Below are positions 55,862-64,000 of a stretch of DNA of 64,000 nt, piece by piece. Made by a program: the position numbers and the translations under genes. Every line of letters begins with the position of its first letter. The stretch's first letter is position 1. The stretch spans positions 92,651 to 156,650 of the forward strand of contig CAZRJH010000001.1 in the NCBI GenBank assembly GCA_964600575.1. The letters run 5' to 3'. The notes beneath the pieces were generated by a model, which saw nothing but the letters and a program-made list of their open reading frames with translations, was not told the DNA's origin and ran no database searches. This DNA is from an uncultured Gammaproteobacteria bacterium. GTDB taxonomy: Bacteria > Patescibacteriota > Microgenomatia > UBA8517.

Positions 55862-57118
55862 ATGTTGTCCTACAAACCTAGACAACTTAGTAGAGACATT
55901 ATTAAACTAATGACGGGGCTTTCTGGCCTCGAAAATCGAAACAAGGACTTTCTTCATTTAACGGTCAACGAAAACCAGCTTTCTAAAACAGCACATAGTT
56001 TCCTTAGCTTTAAAATTGCCGAAAGGTACTACTTTGGCGCAGGCAAGGACGGTGTGGTGGATTTTGGCGCTTACACATTTTTAGGCATGCCTGGATTGGA
56101 AAACTTGGTGGATGACGCAAGCCTGGCCTTAAGTGGGATGACAGGCGCAAAAGTGATTAATTTGAGTTCGTTTTCGGGTTTGCACGCCATGCAGATGGTT
56201 ATAATGAGCACCACTGAGCCTGGTGATGTTGTGATGTCTTTGCCGTTTGAGAACGGCGGTCACGGTGCAACCAAAGGAATTATAGAAAGTCTGGGTAGAA
56301 AACATGTGTTTGCTGCGTTCAATCAAAAAACTCTAAATTTTAATGTTTCCGAAACAGCTAAACTATTCAAATCTTCAAAAGCAAAAGCCTTGTACATAGA
56401 TGTTTCAGTTCATATTAACCCTATTAATATTCGTGAACTTAGAGGTGCGTTGGGTAAAAAAGCCTTAATCATATTTGACGCTAGTCACAGCTTGGGTTTA
56501 ATTTTGGGGGGCTCTTTCCAGAGTCCTTTTAAAGAAGGTGCCGATGTTGTTTGTGGAAACACACACAAAACTTTTGGCGGACCACAGCGTGGAATAATCC
56601 TTTTTAAGGATAAAGGGCTTGGTGAAAAAGCTGATTGGGCCATAAAAACAACATATGTTTCTTCCGTTCACCCCGCGGAACTAATAGCCCTTTGCATATC
56701 CATACTTGAATACGAAAAATATGGCAAAAGGTATTCAAAACAGGTCATTAGAAATTCGCAGGCCCTAACTAAAGCATTCGAAAAATTGGGATATGAGGTT
56801 AGAAGGAAACCTGATGGCAGCCTAACCGAAAACGAACAGGTACATCTTTTTTTGGATAAACACGGAAAAAGGTTGGATTTATACAAAAACCTGGTAAATA
56901 ACAATATTTCTACTAACTTTATGCAAATTCTTGGAGGTAGAACTTTTGCCAGGATAGGCACTCAAGAAATTACCAGAAGAGGGATGTGTGAAGGTGATAT
57001 GTCTACTGTTGCCTTTTTGGTAACCCAGGCACTTAAGGGTATCGATGTTAAAGATAAGGTGCTTAGGTTTAACAAAAAGTTTCCAAATATCTATTTTTCT
57101 TTTGACCAAGATGAATAA
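55862..57118 (+). CDS. serine hydroxymethyltransferase-like fold-type-I PLP enzyme (divergent GlyA family; could be SHMT or an SHMT-like aldolase/transaldolase)
   Basis: Alignment by eye to E. coli GlyA: HLTVNEN ~ [40 protein letters not shown] ~ [41 protein letters not shown] ~ [26 protein letters not shown] ~ TTTHKTLAGPRGGLILAK (PLP Lys), [13 protein letters not shown] ~ IRVGTPAITRRGF. Several normally invariant SHMT positions differ. Confidence 0.6.
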   Translation: [418 protein letters not shown]

Positions 57119-58577
57119 CAAGAATATCAACATTATGGTTGTTGGTTTGGGTAACCACGCGAGACGTATATACGTACCGGCATTGGTTAAATATGCAAAA
57201 AAATACGATATAAAAATCACAGGAATAGAGCTCCATTCTAATAAAACTTTGATTGAAAATTATATTAAAGAAAAAGAATACAAAGTCGACATGCACTACC
57301 TGGACCCCTTTAGGGCATCGGATAATTTACCAAAAGGCGTTGTAGGTGAACTGGATAGAATTTGCGGAAAAAACGAAATTAATGCAGTGATAATCTCGAC
57401 AGACCCCTTAACTCACAAGATGTATGCTAAATGGGCACTTTCACGCAAACTAAATATTCTTATGGATAAACCTATAACCACCAGAATGTGGGCAGTGAGT
57501 TCAGACAAAGCCGCAAAAGACATATCTAAAGATTATCAGGACTTACTTAAACTTTATAAAAAGGTCCAAAAAACTAAAGAAACAATTTTTTCTATTAACA
57601 CACAAAGAAGGTATGAGATAGGTTACCAGAAAGTATTTTCGTTAATTAAAGAAGTCTCCGATAAGTTTAATGTTCCTGTTACCTCTATTCAATCAATGCA
57701 TGCCGACGGAGTTTGGATATTCCCGGACGAAGTTGTAGAACAAAAGTGCCACCCGTATAACGAAGGTTATGGAAAGTGTTCTCATAGCGGATTTCACCTT
57801 TTCGACATAGTTTGGCAGTTTTACAAAGCCGGCATTGTAAAAGGAAAGCAACCCGACAGTTCGGAGGTTTTTACTTCTTTTGTAACACCGGAGGGAACAA
57901 TAACTCAAATAAACCAAGATGATTACAGAAGTTATTTTGGAAAGTCATATGATAACCGAAAAAGAAGATCACAAAAAGAGCTTTATAAAATTGTTAAAAA
58001 CTACGGTGAAAGTGACTCTTTCTCTGTGGTAAGACTTTTAAATAAAGGTAGAAACATTTGCAATTTGTCCATAAATTTGCTTCATAACAGTTTTTCAAGA
58101 AGGTCGTGGGTTGAACCCGCAAAAGATTTGTACAAAGGGAATGGGAGAATTAAGCATCAAAGCTACATTATTGAGCAAGGGCCATTTCAGTGTATACAAA
58201 TTCACAACTATCAATCAAAAGATAAACAGGAAGTAAATTCAATTTCCGACTACGAGGTTGGGGGTAACAATCATTTTGACATCTATGTTTTTAGAAACGA
58301 AAAAATGTTTGGAAAAAACGAAGTTCCTATGAGAGTGATTAGACTCAAAGATCTGGTGGCAAAAGATAATGATAACTCAAAGCTTTATCACGAGACAGCC
58401 AAAAACCAGGCAATTTTGGAATTTTTAGATTATGTTAAAGGAAAAACAAAACTCTCAGAGACTACTTCTAATATTGATACCTACGAAGTACCCGTAAATA
58501 TAATGAGCTCGATTTACAGGTCACATGTGCGATCGTCTGGTGGTAAAAATCCGTTAATCAGATTCAAAATAAAATGA
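57111..58577 (+). CDS. Gfo/Idh/MocA-family NAD(P)-dependent oxidoreductase with long C-terminal extension
   Basis: Rossmann N-terminus NIMVVGLGNHARRIYVPAL and the family motif HKMYAKWALSRKLNILMDKPIT (EKP-like). The ATG overlaps the stop of the previous gene (ATGAATAA). Confidence 0.6.
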   Translation: MNNKNINIMVVGLGNHARRIYVPALVKYAKKYDIKITGIELHSNKTLIENYIKEKEYKVDMHYLDPFRASDNLPKGVVGELDRICGKNEINAVIISTDPLTHKMYAKWALSRKLNILMDKPITTRMWAVSSDKAAKDISKDYQDLLKLYKKVQKTKETIFSINTQRRYEIGYQKVFSLIKEVSDKFNVPVTSIQSMHADGVWIFPDEVVEQKCHPYNEGYGKCSHSGFHLFDIVWQFYKAGIVKGKQPDSSEVFTSFVTPEGTITQINQDDYRSYFGKSYDNRKRRSQKELYKIVKNYGESDSFSVVRLLNKGRNICNLSINLLHNSFSRRSWVEPAKDLYKGNGRIKHQSYIIEQGPFQCIQIHNYQSKDKQEVNSISDYEVGGNNHFDIYVFRNEKMFGKNEVPMRVIRLKDLVAKDNDNSKLYHETAKNQAILEFLDYVKGKTKLSETTSNIDTYEVPVNIMSSIYRSHVRSSGGKNPLIRFKIK

Positions 58578-59932
58578 AAATAAATAAAGCAATCAACGCG
58601 TTAGTACAAGGTCTTAAAGACGGCGGAGCGGATTTTGCAACAAATTTTCCTGGTTTTTACAGCCAAGATATTTTTGAAGCGCTAGGAGGTAAAGATATCT
58701 CTATAAACGAACGAGTTGCCTTGGAAAACTGCTATGGGGCAAGTATGGCGGGCGTAAGAAGTGTTGTTTCATTTAAGAGTACCGGTCTAAATGTAGCATC
58801 GGATGTCTTTTTTCACTCAGTTTTAAACGGTCTAGAAGCAGGTATGGTTATAGTTTTAACCGAAGATGTTGAGTGTGCAAGTTCTCCTGAACGTCAGGAT
58901 TCCAGGCCCTTTTCGGATGTTTATGGTGGGTTGTGGTTTGAGCCCTCAAACCTTCAGGAAGCATATGACTTTGCTAGAGAAAGTTTTTTATTGTCAGAAC
59001 AAATGGATCTGCCGATAGTTATCAGGTTAACTAATCAATTTTTTGAGCTTAGTGGCGATTTTTTAGAAAAAACAAAAGTGCCTAAGTATATTTCTAGCAA
59101 AATAAACAAGAATAAATACGTTTCGTACTGGAAACAAAGAGATGATGCTTTATCTGACAAAAATTTAAGAATCAAAAATTATATTGAAGGTTTGTATCCG
59201 CCCGAAACTTATTCTTTTAAACACGAAAAGGGTTTGGTTGTTGTAGGTAATAATCAAAAAGAGTTGGCAAATTATGGCAAAACTAACCATGATATTTTAA
59301 AAATTGTTACATATCCAATTCCGGAGAATGTAATTAAGTCTTTTGTTAGGGGTAAAAAGGAAATAAAAGTTTTTGAACAAGGAAGGGGTTTTGTTAGTTC
59401 CAAAATAAAGGCCCTTGTCTCTGCAGATATTAATTTTGTGGTCGAGACGGGATTTGCCCCGGACAGATCTTCGGATTGGAAAGTTTTTAATGATCACGAA
59501 AAACTCTTTAGGGGTCTTTCCGCTGTTAACCCTGAGTTTGTTGCAGGTGACGAGGGAATGTTTACCGACGAATCCACAAAGTCAATCTCGGTTTGTTTAG
59601 CAATGGGAGCCAGTGTCGGTGTTGCAATGGGCTATGCACTTGCTAAAGGCGGTTACCCCTTTTGTGTAATTGGCGACACCTCGTTTACATTCGGTGGAAA
59701 ACAAGCGTTGGAAGAAGCGTTTGTTAAAAAAGTAAAGTTTGGTGTAGTTGTTTTGGATAACAATGGAGCTAAGTCTACCGGAGGTCAAAAACAAGCCGGT
59801 TTTTTAGATTTTCCTTATGTCGAATCTCAAACTGTAGATTTTGAATCAACATCCAAAGAAGATTTTCAACAGATTCTTTCTAATATGCAGTCTCAAGGAG
59901 ACTTGTCAATTTTATATGTCAAAACTAAATAA
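58574..59932 (+). CDS. thiamine-diphosphate-dependent enzyme, Pyr-domain + PP-domain fusion (sulfopyruvate/phosphonopyruvate decarboxylase-like architecture)
   Basis: N-terminal Pyr-domain pattern (GGADFATNFPGFYSQDIFEAL) and C-terminal ThDP motif GDTSFTFGGKQALEEAFVKKVKFGVVVLDNNG (GDx(n)NN). No Fe-S Cys motifs. Overlaps the previous gene by 4 nt. Confidence 0.55.
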   Translation: MKINKAINALVQGLKDGGADFATNFPGFYSQDIFEALGGKDISINERVALENCYGASMAGVRSVVSFKSTGLNVASDVFFHSVLNGLEAGMVIVLTEDVECASSPERQDSRPFSDVYGGLWFEPSNLQEAYDFARESFLLSEQMDLPIVIRLTNQFFELSGDFLEKTKVPKYISSKINKNKYVSYWKQRDDALSDKNLRIKNYIEGLYPPETYSFKHEKGLVVVGNNQKELANYGKTNHDILKIVTYPIPENVIKSFVRGKKEIKVFEQGRGFVSSKIKALVSADINFVVETGFAPDRSSDWKVFNDHEKLFRGLSAVNPEFVAGDEGMFTDESTKSISVCLAMGASVGVAMGYALAKGGYPFCVIGDTSFTFGGKQALEEAFVKKVKFGVVVLDNNGAKSTGGQKQAGFLDFPYVESQTVDFESTSKEDFQQILSNMQSQGDLSILYVKTK

Positions 59933-60659
59933 GACAGTATTTATAACTGGCGGTGCTACTGGAATTGGTTATGAAACAGCCAAAGTCCTGAGTTTGCAGG
60001 GTTGGAATATTGTTTTATTTGGCAACAATTTGGAAACCTTAGAAGAAGCCAAGAGAAACTTAGAAAATGTTGAATGTTTGGTTGATATTTACCAGGGTAG
60101 CGTTACCCAAAAGGAGGACTTGGAAAACGCTATGTCAGAATCAGTTAAAAAATACGGAAGTCTAAACGGTTTGGTTAACTGTGCTGGAATTTCTAAAATT
60201 CAAGAGCGTGGAATCACCGATGAATCTGCCTTCAAAGAGCTTTTGGAAGTTAATTTAACAGGTACCTATTTAGCCTGTATGCTTTTTGGATACACATTTG
60301 GATCAGAAAATTCCGCGATTGTTAACATTGCCTCTATTAGGGCCAGAACAGGAACGGATTCTTTTTCCCCAGGTTATGCTGCTTCAAAAGCTGGGGTTAT
60401 TAACTTAACAAAGACTTTGGCTTTAGAACTAGCTCCCAAAATTAGAGTTAATGCCGTTTCACCAGGGGCCACCTATCCAACGGAGTTAAGTAAGGTATGG
60501 GATCAAGCAAAAAGAGAAGAAATTGCTTCTATGGTGCCAATGAGAAGACTAGGGAGCCCCTTGGACATAGCTAATGTAATTGAGTTTTTGTTATCTGATA
60601 AATCCTCATATGTAACCGGACACACTCTTGATGTTAACGGTGGTCAATGGATGAACTAA
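59916..60659 (+). CDS. short-chain dehydrogenase/reductase (SDR)
   Basis: TGGATGIGYETAK cofactor motif, NCAG and catalytic YAASK. The ORF opens at 59841; the start is placed at the MSKLNK Met, overlapping the previous stop. Confidence 0.75.
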   Translation: MSKLNKTVFITGGATGIGYETAKVLSLQGWNIVLFGNNLETLEEAKRNLENVECLVDIYQGSVTQKEDLENAMSESVKKYGSLNGLVNCAGISKIQERGITDESAFKELLEVNLTGTYLACMLFGYTFGSENSAIVNIASIRARTGTDSFSPGYAASKAGVINLTKTLALELAPKIRVNAVSPGATYPTELSKVWDQAKREEIASMVPMRRLGSPLDIANVIEFLLSDKSSYVTGHTLDVNGGQWMN

Positions 60660-61462
60660 TTATGGAAAAGCTAAACATATATGCATTAGAGGGCGCGGCG
60701 TTTGCAGGTAAAACCACTTTGGCTGAGTATCTTAAAAAATACTACTCAGACAAAATTATTTGTATTCCTGAAGCGTCTGAGTTTGTTGGCGGGGATAAAA
60801 ACTTTCCCGACGTACCCTTTAAGACGCTAAAAGACGCCAAGGCTAGTACTTATTTTTTTATCGAAGTAGAAAAACAAAGATGTGCGGCAGCTATACAAGC
60901 TAATCAAAAAACAGGTCTACCTGTGGTTATGGACAGGACAACACCTATATCTTCTTTAATATTTTATTCACTGTTGAGGTACAAAGATCCTGCAAGTAGT
61001 AAATTTATTACAGATTTTTACAATCACGCAATGGAAGCATTTCAGGTCCAGATTGACGAAGGCAACATTTTTGTTCCCGGGCAAATAATATATCTAAGGC
61101 CAAAAAATAAAGATATTTTTGAAAAAAGGCTTTCTAGAGGCACAAAAAACGGAGTGTTTGCTGACTGGAGTAGTTTTGTCTTTCTGGATGATGTTTACCA
61201 AAAGTTAATTGCACATCATTACCCTAAAGATAATCATTTGATTATCGAAACCGAAAATACCCAAGCTAACTTGGAAAATGCGGCATCAGAAGCACTCAAC
61301 TTTACATTGAATAAAGGAAGTGTTCCTTTGGGAAACGTTTTTCGTAATTTTTTGGGAGATCAGCAAAATTTGAAGTTAGGTGTAACTATTCAAGAAGAAA
61401 ATGAATTCAAGGAAAGTATGAAACGTGCTGCCTGGCTAATTACCAATACACAAAACACATGA
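60647..61462 (+). CDS. deoxynucleoside kinase (dNK)-like P-loop kinase
   Basis: P-loop LEGAAFAGKTTLAEYL, (I)PEASE(F) nucleoside-binding-like motif and Arg-rich lid KRLSRGTKNG. 271 aa. Confidence 0.5.
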   Translation: MDELIMEKLNIYALEGAAFAGKTTLAEYLKKYYSDKIICIPEASEFVGGDKNFPDVPFKTLKDAKASTYFFIEVEKQRCAAAIQANQKTGLPVVMDRTTPISSLIFYSLLRYKDPASSKFITDFYNHAMEAFQVQIDEGNIFVPGQIIYLRPKNKDIFEKRLSRGTKNGVFADWSSFVFLDDVYQKLIAHHYPKDNHLIIETENTQANLENAASEALNFTLNKGSVPLGNVFRNFLGDQQNLKLGVTIQEENEFKESMKRAAWLITNTQNT

Positions 61463-62226
61463 GCTTAGAAAACGGACACATCTACATAGAAGGATCAGAT
61501 TGTACGGGTAAAGATTCCCTGGGGGCTTTGTTGGCCGATAAATATCAGATAACAAACATCCAAAAACTTTCCATGCACTCCAATAATCCCTGGGACGCCG
61601 ATAGAACCGGCGAGTTGCCTTCTGGGCATCCGTTGTTCCCCGCCTATCTTATAAGGTCGATTCTGTGGGATATTCGAAGGTTTCAACCAAATAAGGTAGA
61701 TAGACAGTTGCAAATTTCTTTTACGGCTGCAAGATCTTCCGCCTGGACTAGGGCAACAGGAGATCCTTTGAAAGATGTGTTTACTGATCTTTTAAAATTT
61801 ACACCTAAGTTCCAACATACGTTCTTGCTTATGGCGTCTGTCGAGGTTAAGCAAGAAAGACTTAAAAAACGCGCAGCCGAAGGGGGGCATGCGTCTGTTA
61901 TAGACAAAATGGTCTTTACCAAACCGGACTTTGTCCGAAATGTTGACAGTGAACTTAAAACTGTTATGGAAAATCATCTAAATGCGACAGTAATCAATAC
62001 CGATTCCCTGACGCTTGACGAGGTTGGCAATACTGCTGTGGCACGAATAGATGGAGGTTCGGTTTCACTAATAAGAAATGGTTTGGAAGTTTTACAGGCG
62101 GATATTACAGATGAACTTGGACGTTTTTACAAAGAAATAATATATTTTGCCGACACAGTTGCGAAAAAGATGAACCTGAAAGAAGATGAGTTGACAAAGA
62201 TTAAACAGCCCTTTAGGCCGCTATAA
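61459..62226 (+). CDS. dNK-like P-loop kinase paralog with degenerate Walker A (GKD instead of GK[ST])
   Basis: IEGSDCTGKDSLGALL P-loop-like segment and lid-like KQERLKKRAAEGGH. ATGA overlap with the previous gene. Confidence 0.35.
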   Translation: MSLENGHIYIEGSDCTGKDSLGALLADKYQITNIQKLSMHSNNPWDADRTGELPSGHPLFPAYLIRSILWDIRRFQPNKVDRQLQISFTAARSSAWTRATGDPLKDVFTDLLKFTPKFQHTFLLMASVEVKQERLKKRAAEGGHASVIDKMVFTKPDFVRNVDSELKTVMENHLNATVINTDSLTLDEVGNTAVARIDGGSVSLIRNGLEVLQADITDELGRFYKEIIYFADTVAKKMNLKEDELTKIKQPFRPL

Positions 62227-62228
62227 AT

Positions 62229-63332
62229 ATGGATAACGAAAAAAGAATTGGCCAAATTACATATGACGAGGCACCGAGGCCATCCTTTTCAAGATTCGAA
62301 CAAAATCTGCAAAAAGGCGGTCCATTGCCAATATTTACTTTGGCAACACCTGCAGAAGCCGGAGCGGGTGTGTTACTTGTGGGTGACTATATCGCCCAGG
62401 ATTTTATCTCTTATGCCCAAATTAATATTCCAAGTTTTAGAGATAGATGGATTGTTATGACAACTACTCAAAGCGATGCGATACCTACCGATTGTGTAGA
62501 TGCAGATTTTAACTTTTTTAGCAATAAGCGAAGGGTCGGTGATTATCTTAAAAGTGCTGCCGGGCAGGTTCCTTTTTCTACAGAATTGGCAGACGCTCAT
62601 TATGTAGACGAAAATATTTTTAAACCTGATAACTCATATCAAAAAGAATGGGACATCTTTTATGCGGCCAAATGGTATCCGACTAAGATGACGGAGCTGT
62701 TAATAGAATCTGCAAAAATTAATCCGAGTTTAAAGGTCGGTATTTATGGCTGGCCTGTGGTTTCTGAAAGAAAAATCCATTCAAGTATGCAATACCGCGA
62801 CATGATTCTGGACCTTTCTAAGGGAATGTCGAATGTACAGATTTTTGATTCTGGATTTGATTTGGACAAAGTTCAACATGTAAACAAAGACGGCAGTTTT
62901 GTAATAGGTGATTTAACAAAAGAACAAATGAGAGATATGTTTTTTAGAAGAGCTAAATCTACTGTGTTTTTGTCGGAAAAGACCGAGGCCGTAAATAGGT
63001 CTTGTGCCGAAATGTTATCTTGCGATGTTCCGGTTATGGTAGCACCGACAGACGGTGGCATGGAGGACTTGGTAACTTCCGTGACAGGAGTAATGATAGA
63101 CAGATCTCCTGAGGGTATAGTTTCCGGTTATCAAAGCATAGTTGAAAACAACGGTCTTTCTCCTAGAAACGGCTTTTTGCAAAGATATGGTCGGGAAAAG
63201 GCAAATAAAAGAATGGCGGAAATTATTGAAGATGTGGCCAAAACTAAAGGTTTAAATATCAATATCTCAAAGCTAAGAAAATATGGTGGTGACTTGTGGA
63301 CAAATAAGGATTCGTATTTGCAGATCTTTTAA
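62229..63332 (+). CDS. hypothetical protein with GT1-like (GT-B) C-terminal region
   Basis: C-terminal SEKTEAVNRSCAEMLSCDVPVMVAPTDGGMEDLVTSVTGVMIDRSPEGI resembles the GT-B glycosyltransferase family 1 donor-binding motif. The N-terminus is unassigned. Confidence 0.35.
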   Translation: MDNEKRIGQITYDEAPRPSFSRFEQNLQKGGPLPIFTLATPAEAGAGVLLVGDYIAQDFISYAQINIPSFRDRWIVMTTTQSDAIPTDCVDADFNFFSNKRRVGDYLKSAAGQVPFSTELADAHYVDENIFKPDNSYQKEWDIFYAAKWYPTKMTELLIESAKINPSLKVGIYGWPVVSERKIHSSMQYRDMILDLSKGMSNVQIFDSGFDLDKVQHVNKDGSFVIGDLTKEQMRDMFFRRAKSTVFLSEKTEAVNRSCAEMLSCDVPVMVAPTDGGMEDLVTSVTGVMIDRSPEGIVSGYQSIVENNGLSPRNGFLQRYGREKANKRMAEIIEDVAKTKGLNINISKLRKYGGDLWTNKDSYLQIF

Positions 63333-63919
63333 TTTTGTGCCAACTTTTCTAATTCTGCTGCTTTTTCTAGTATAGAAAGGTCCCTCATAGTTATATATTT
63401 GTCGTCGTATCTGTCGGATTTGTTAGAAGAAACCAATCTAATTGCTTCATTAATGTCTTTTACCCAGGTTAAACTAAAATCTTGTGAAACCTCTGCTGAA
63501 TCAAGGCTCATCCCCACCTCTCGCTTAGTCCTTGCTACATAGCAGTGGGATATCTGAACCAGTTTCCATTTTCCTCTGTTTTCCATTGTTATGCCTAAGT
63601 TGGCCTCTTTGTCTACTGTCCAGCCCGTTTCTTCTAACAACTCTCTTTTGAAAGCTTGATCTAGGGTCTCGTTTTCTTTTTTGCCGCCGCCGGGGAGTTT
63701 GTAGACCTCAAATTGTCCTATGTGCATAAGTGCTACCTCACCGTCTTCGTTGTACACAACGGCACGCACCGCCTCGCGGACATTCCAATCCTCTTCGGGG
63801 TGAGTTTCTTGGCCATAGATGTCCTTATCGGACAAGTAGTCAATAAGCTCTGTCATATCTTTTGGTTTTTCTGTATGGGGATTGGGCAATTTATCTAGCG
63901 GTTTTTCTACCTGCTTCAT
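63329..63919 (-). CDS. NUDIX hydrolase
   Basis: Nudix box LPGGGKKENETLDQAFKRELLEETG. Convergent with the cluster, overlapping its last gene by 4 nt. Confidence 0.75.
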   Translation of the reverse strand: MKQVEKPLDKLPNPHTEKPKDMTELIDYLSDKDIYGQETHPEEDWNVREAVRAVVYNEDGEVALMHIGQFEVYKLPGGGKKENETLDQAFKRELLEETGWTVDKEANLGITMENRGKWKLVQISHCYVARTKREVGMSLDSAEVSQDFSLTWVKDINEAIRLVSSNKSDRYDDKYITMRDLSILEKAAELEKLAQN

Positions 63920-64000
63920 CGATTCTGATGTTTTTCCAACCTTTACCTATACGAGCAATTATACCTAAAAAGGCAGGTTCAGTCAACCAATCGTATGTTA

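Noticed and set aside
58574-59932. Phosphonate biosynthesis (phosphonopyruvate decarboxylase)
   Set aside because: The domain order fits, but no PEP mutase or other phosphonate genes are present in the cluster; the ThDP enzyme's substrate is left open.
1-64000. CRISPR array, rRNA, transposase/IS elements
   Set aside because: I searched for periodic direct repeats and for characteristic motifs and found none. The only strong direct repeat is the 26-mer at tRNA-His.

Overview
This 64 kb window is a gene-dense, low-GC (about 40%) bacterial chromosome segment with about 60 protein genes on both strands, short or overlapping intergenic spacers and several apparently leaderless promoters. The gene content suggests a small-genome, salvage-dependent bacterium, most plausibly of the CPR/Patescibacteria type. 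That assignment is an inference from content, not a measured similarity. The supporting gene content is a SIS-type bifunctional PGI/PMI, PEP synthase, a 2,3-bisphosphoglycerate-independent PGM, an IMPase/FBPase-family enzyme, a minimal UvrC, a minimal Obg, and many nucleotide-salvage genes. Left to right the window holds the following:
- Start and recombination/replication genes: a truncated tRNA-like 3' end, tRNA-Phe, ruvC, a HExxH hydrolase and a holA-like gene.
- A seven-gene sugar-phosphate/glycolytic block: phosphohexomutase, IMPase/FBPase, a PfkB kinase, PGI/PMI, PEP synthase, enolase and iPGM.
- dedA, and then an SOS/nucleotide-excision-repair neighbourhood: lexA, a DUF2419/Qng1-like gene, uvrB, uvrA, a transglutaminase-like exported protein and uvrC.
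- A roughly 2.6 kb stretch of clearly higher GC (about 52-55%) that encodes two membrane-anchored proteins of unknown family.
- Envelope and miscellaneous genes: a PF04020 membrane protein, secG, a family-5 solute-binding protein, a DsbA-like protein, an L,D-transpeptidase lipoprotein, obg, a four-gene operon headed by a radical SAM enzyme, an ABC-F ATPase and a patatin-like protein.
- tRNA-His with a 26 bp partial duplicate of its 3' end, next to a nucleoside 2-deoxyribosyltransferase (NDT)-like gene, followed by metF and a KamA-family radical SAM gene.
- A caspase-like (CHAT) protease operon.
- A gene encoding an NDT-like domain fused to a ribbon-helix-helix (RHH) tail, divergent from a tightly coupled seven-gene cluster through a perfect 8-bp palindrome. 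The cluster encodes a divergent SHMT-like PLP enzyme, a Gfo/Idh/MocA oxidoreductase, a TPP-dependent decarboxylase-like enzyme, an SDR, two dNK-like kinases and a GT1-like protein.
The most unusual candidates are the NDT-RHH regulator with its seven-gene cluster, the CHAT protease operon, the GC-discordant two-gene membrane insert and the radical SAM operon. I found no CRISPR array, no rRNA, and no integrase or transposase. All functional calls come from motifs read directly in the translations; no database search was run.
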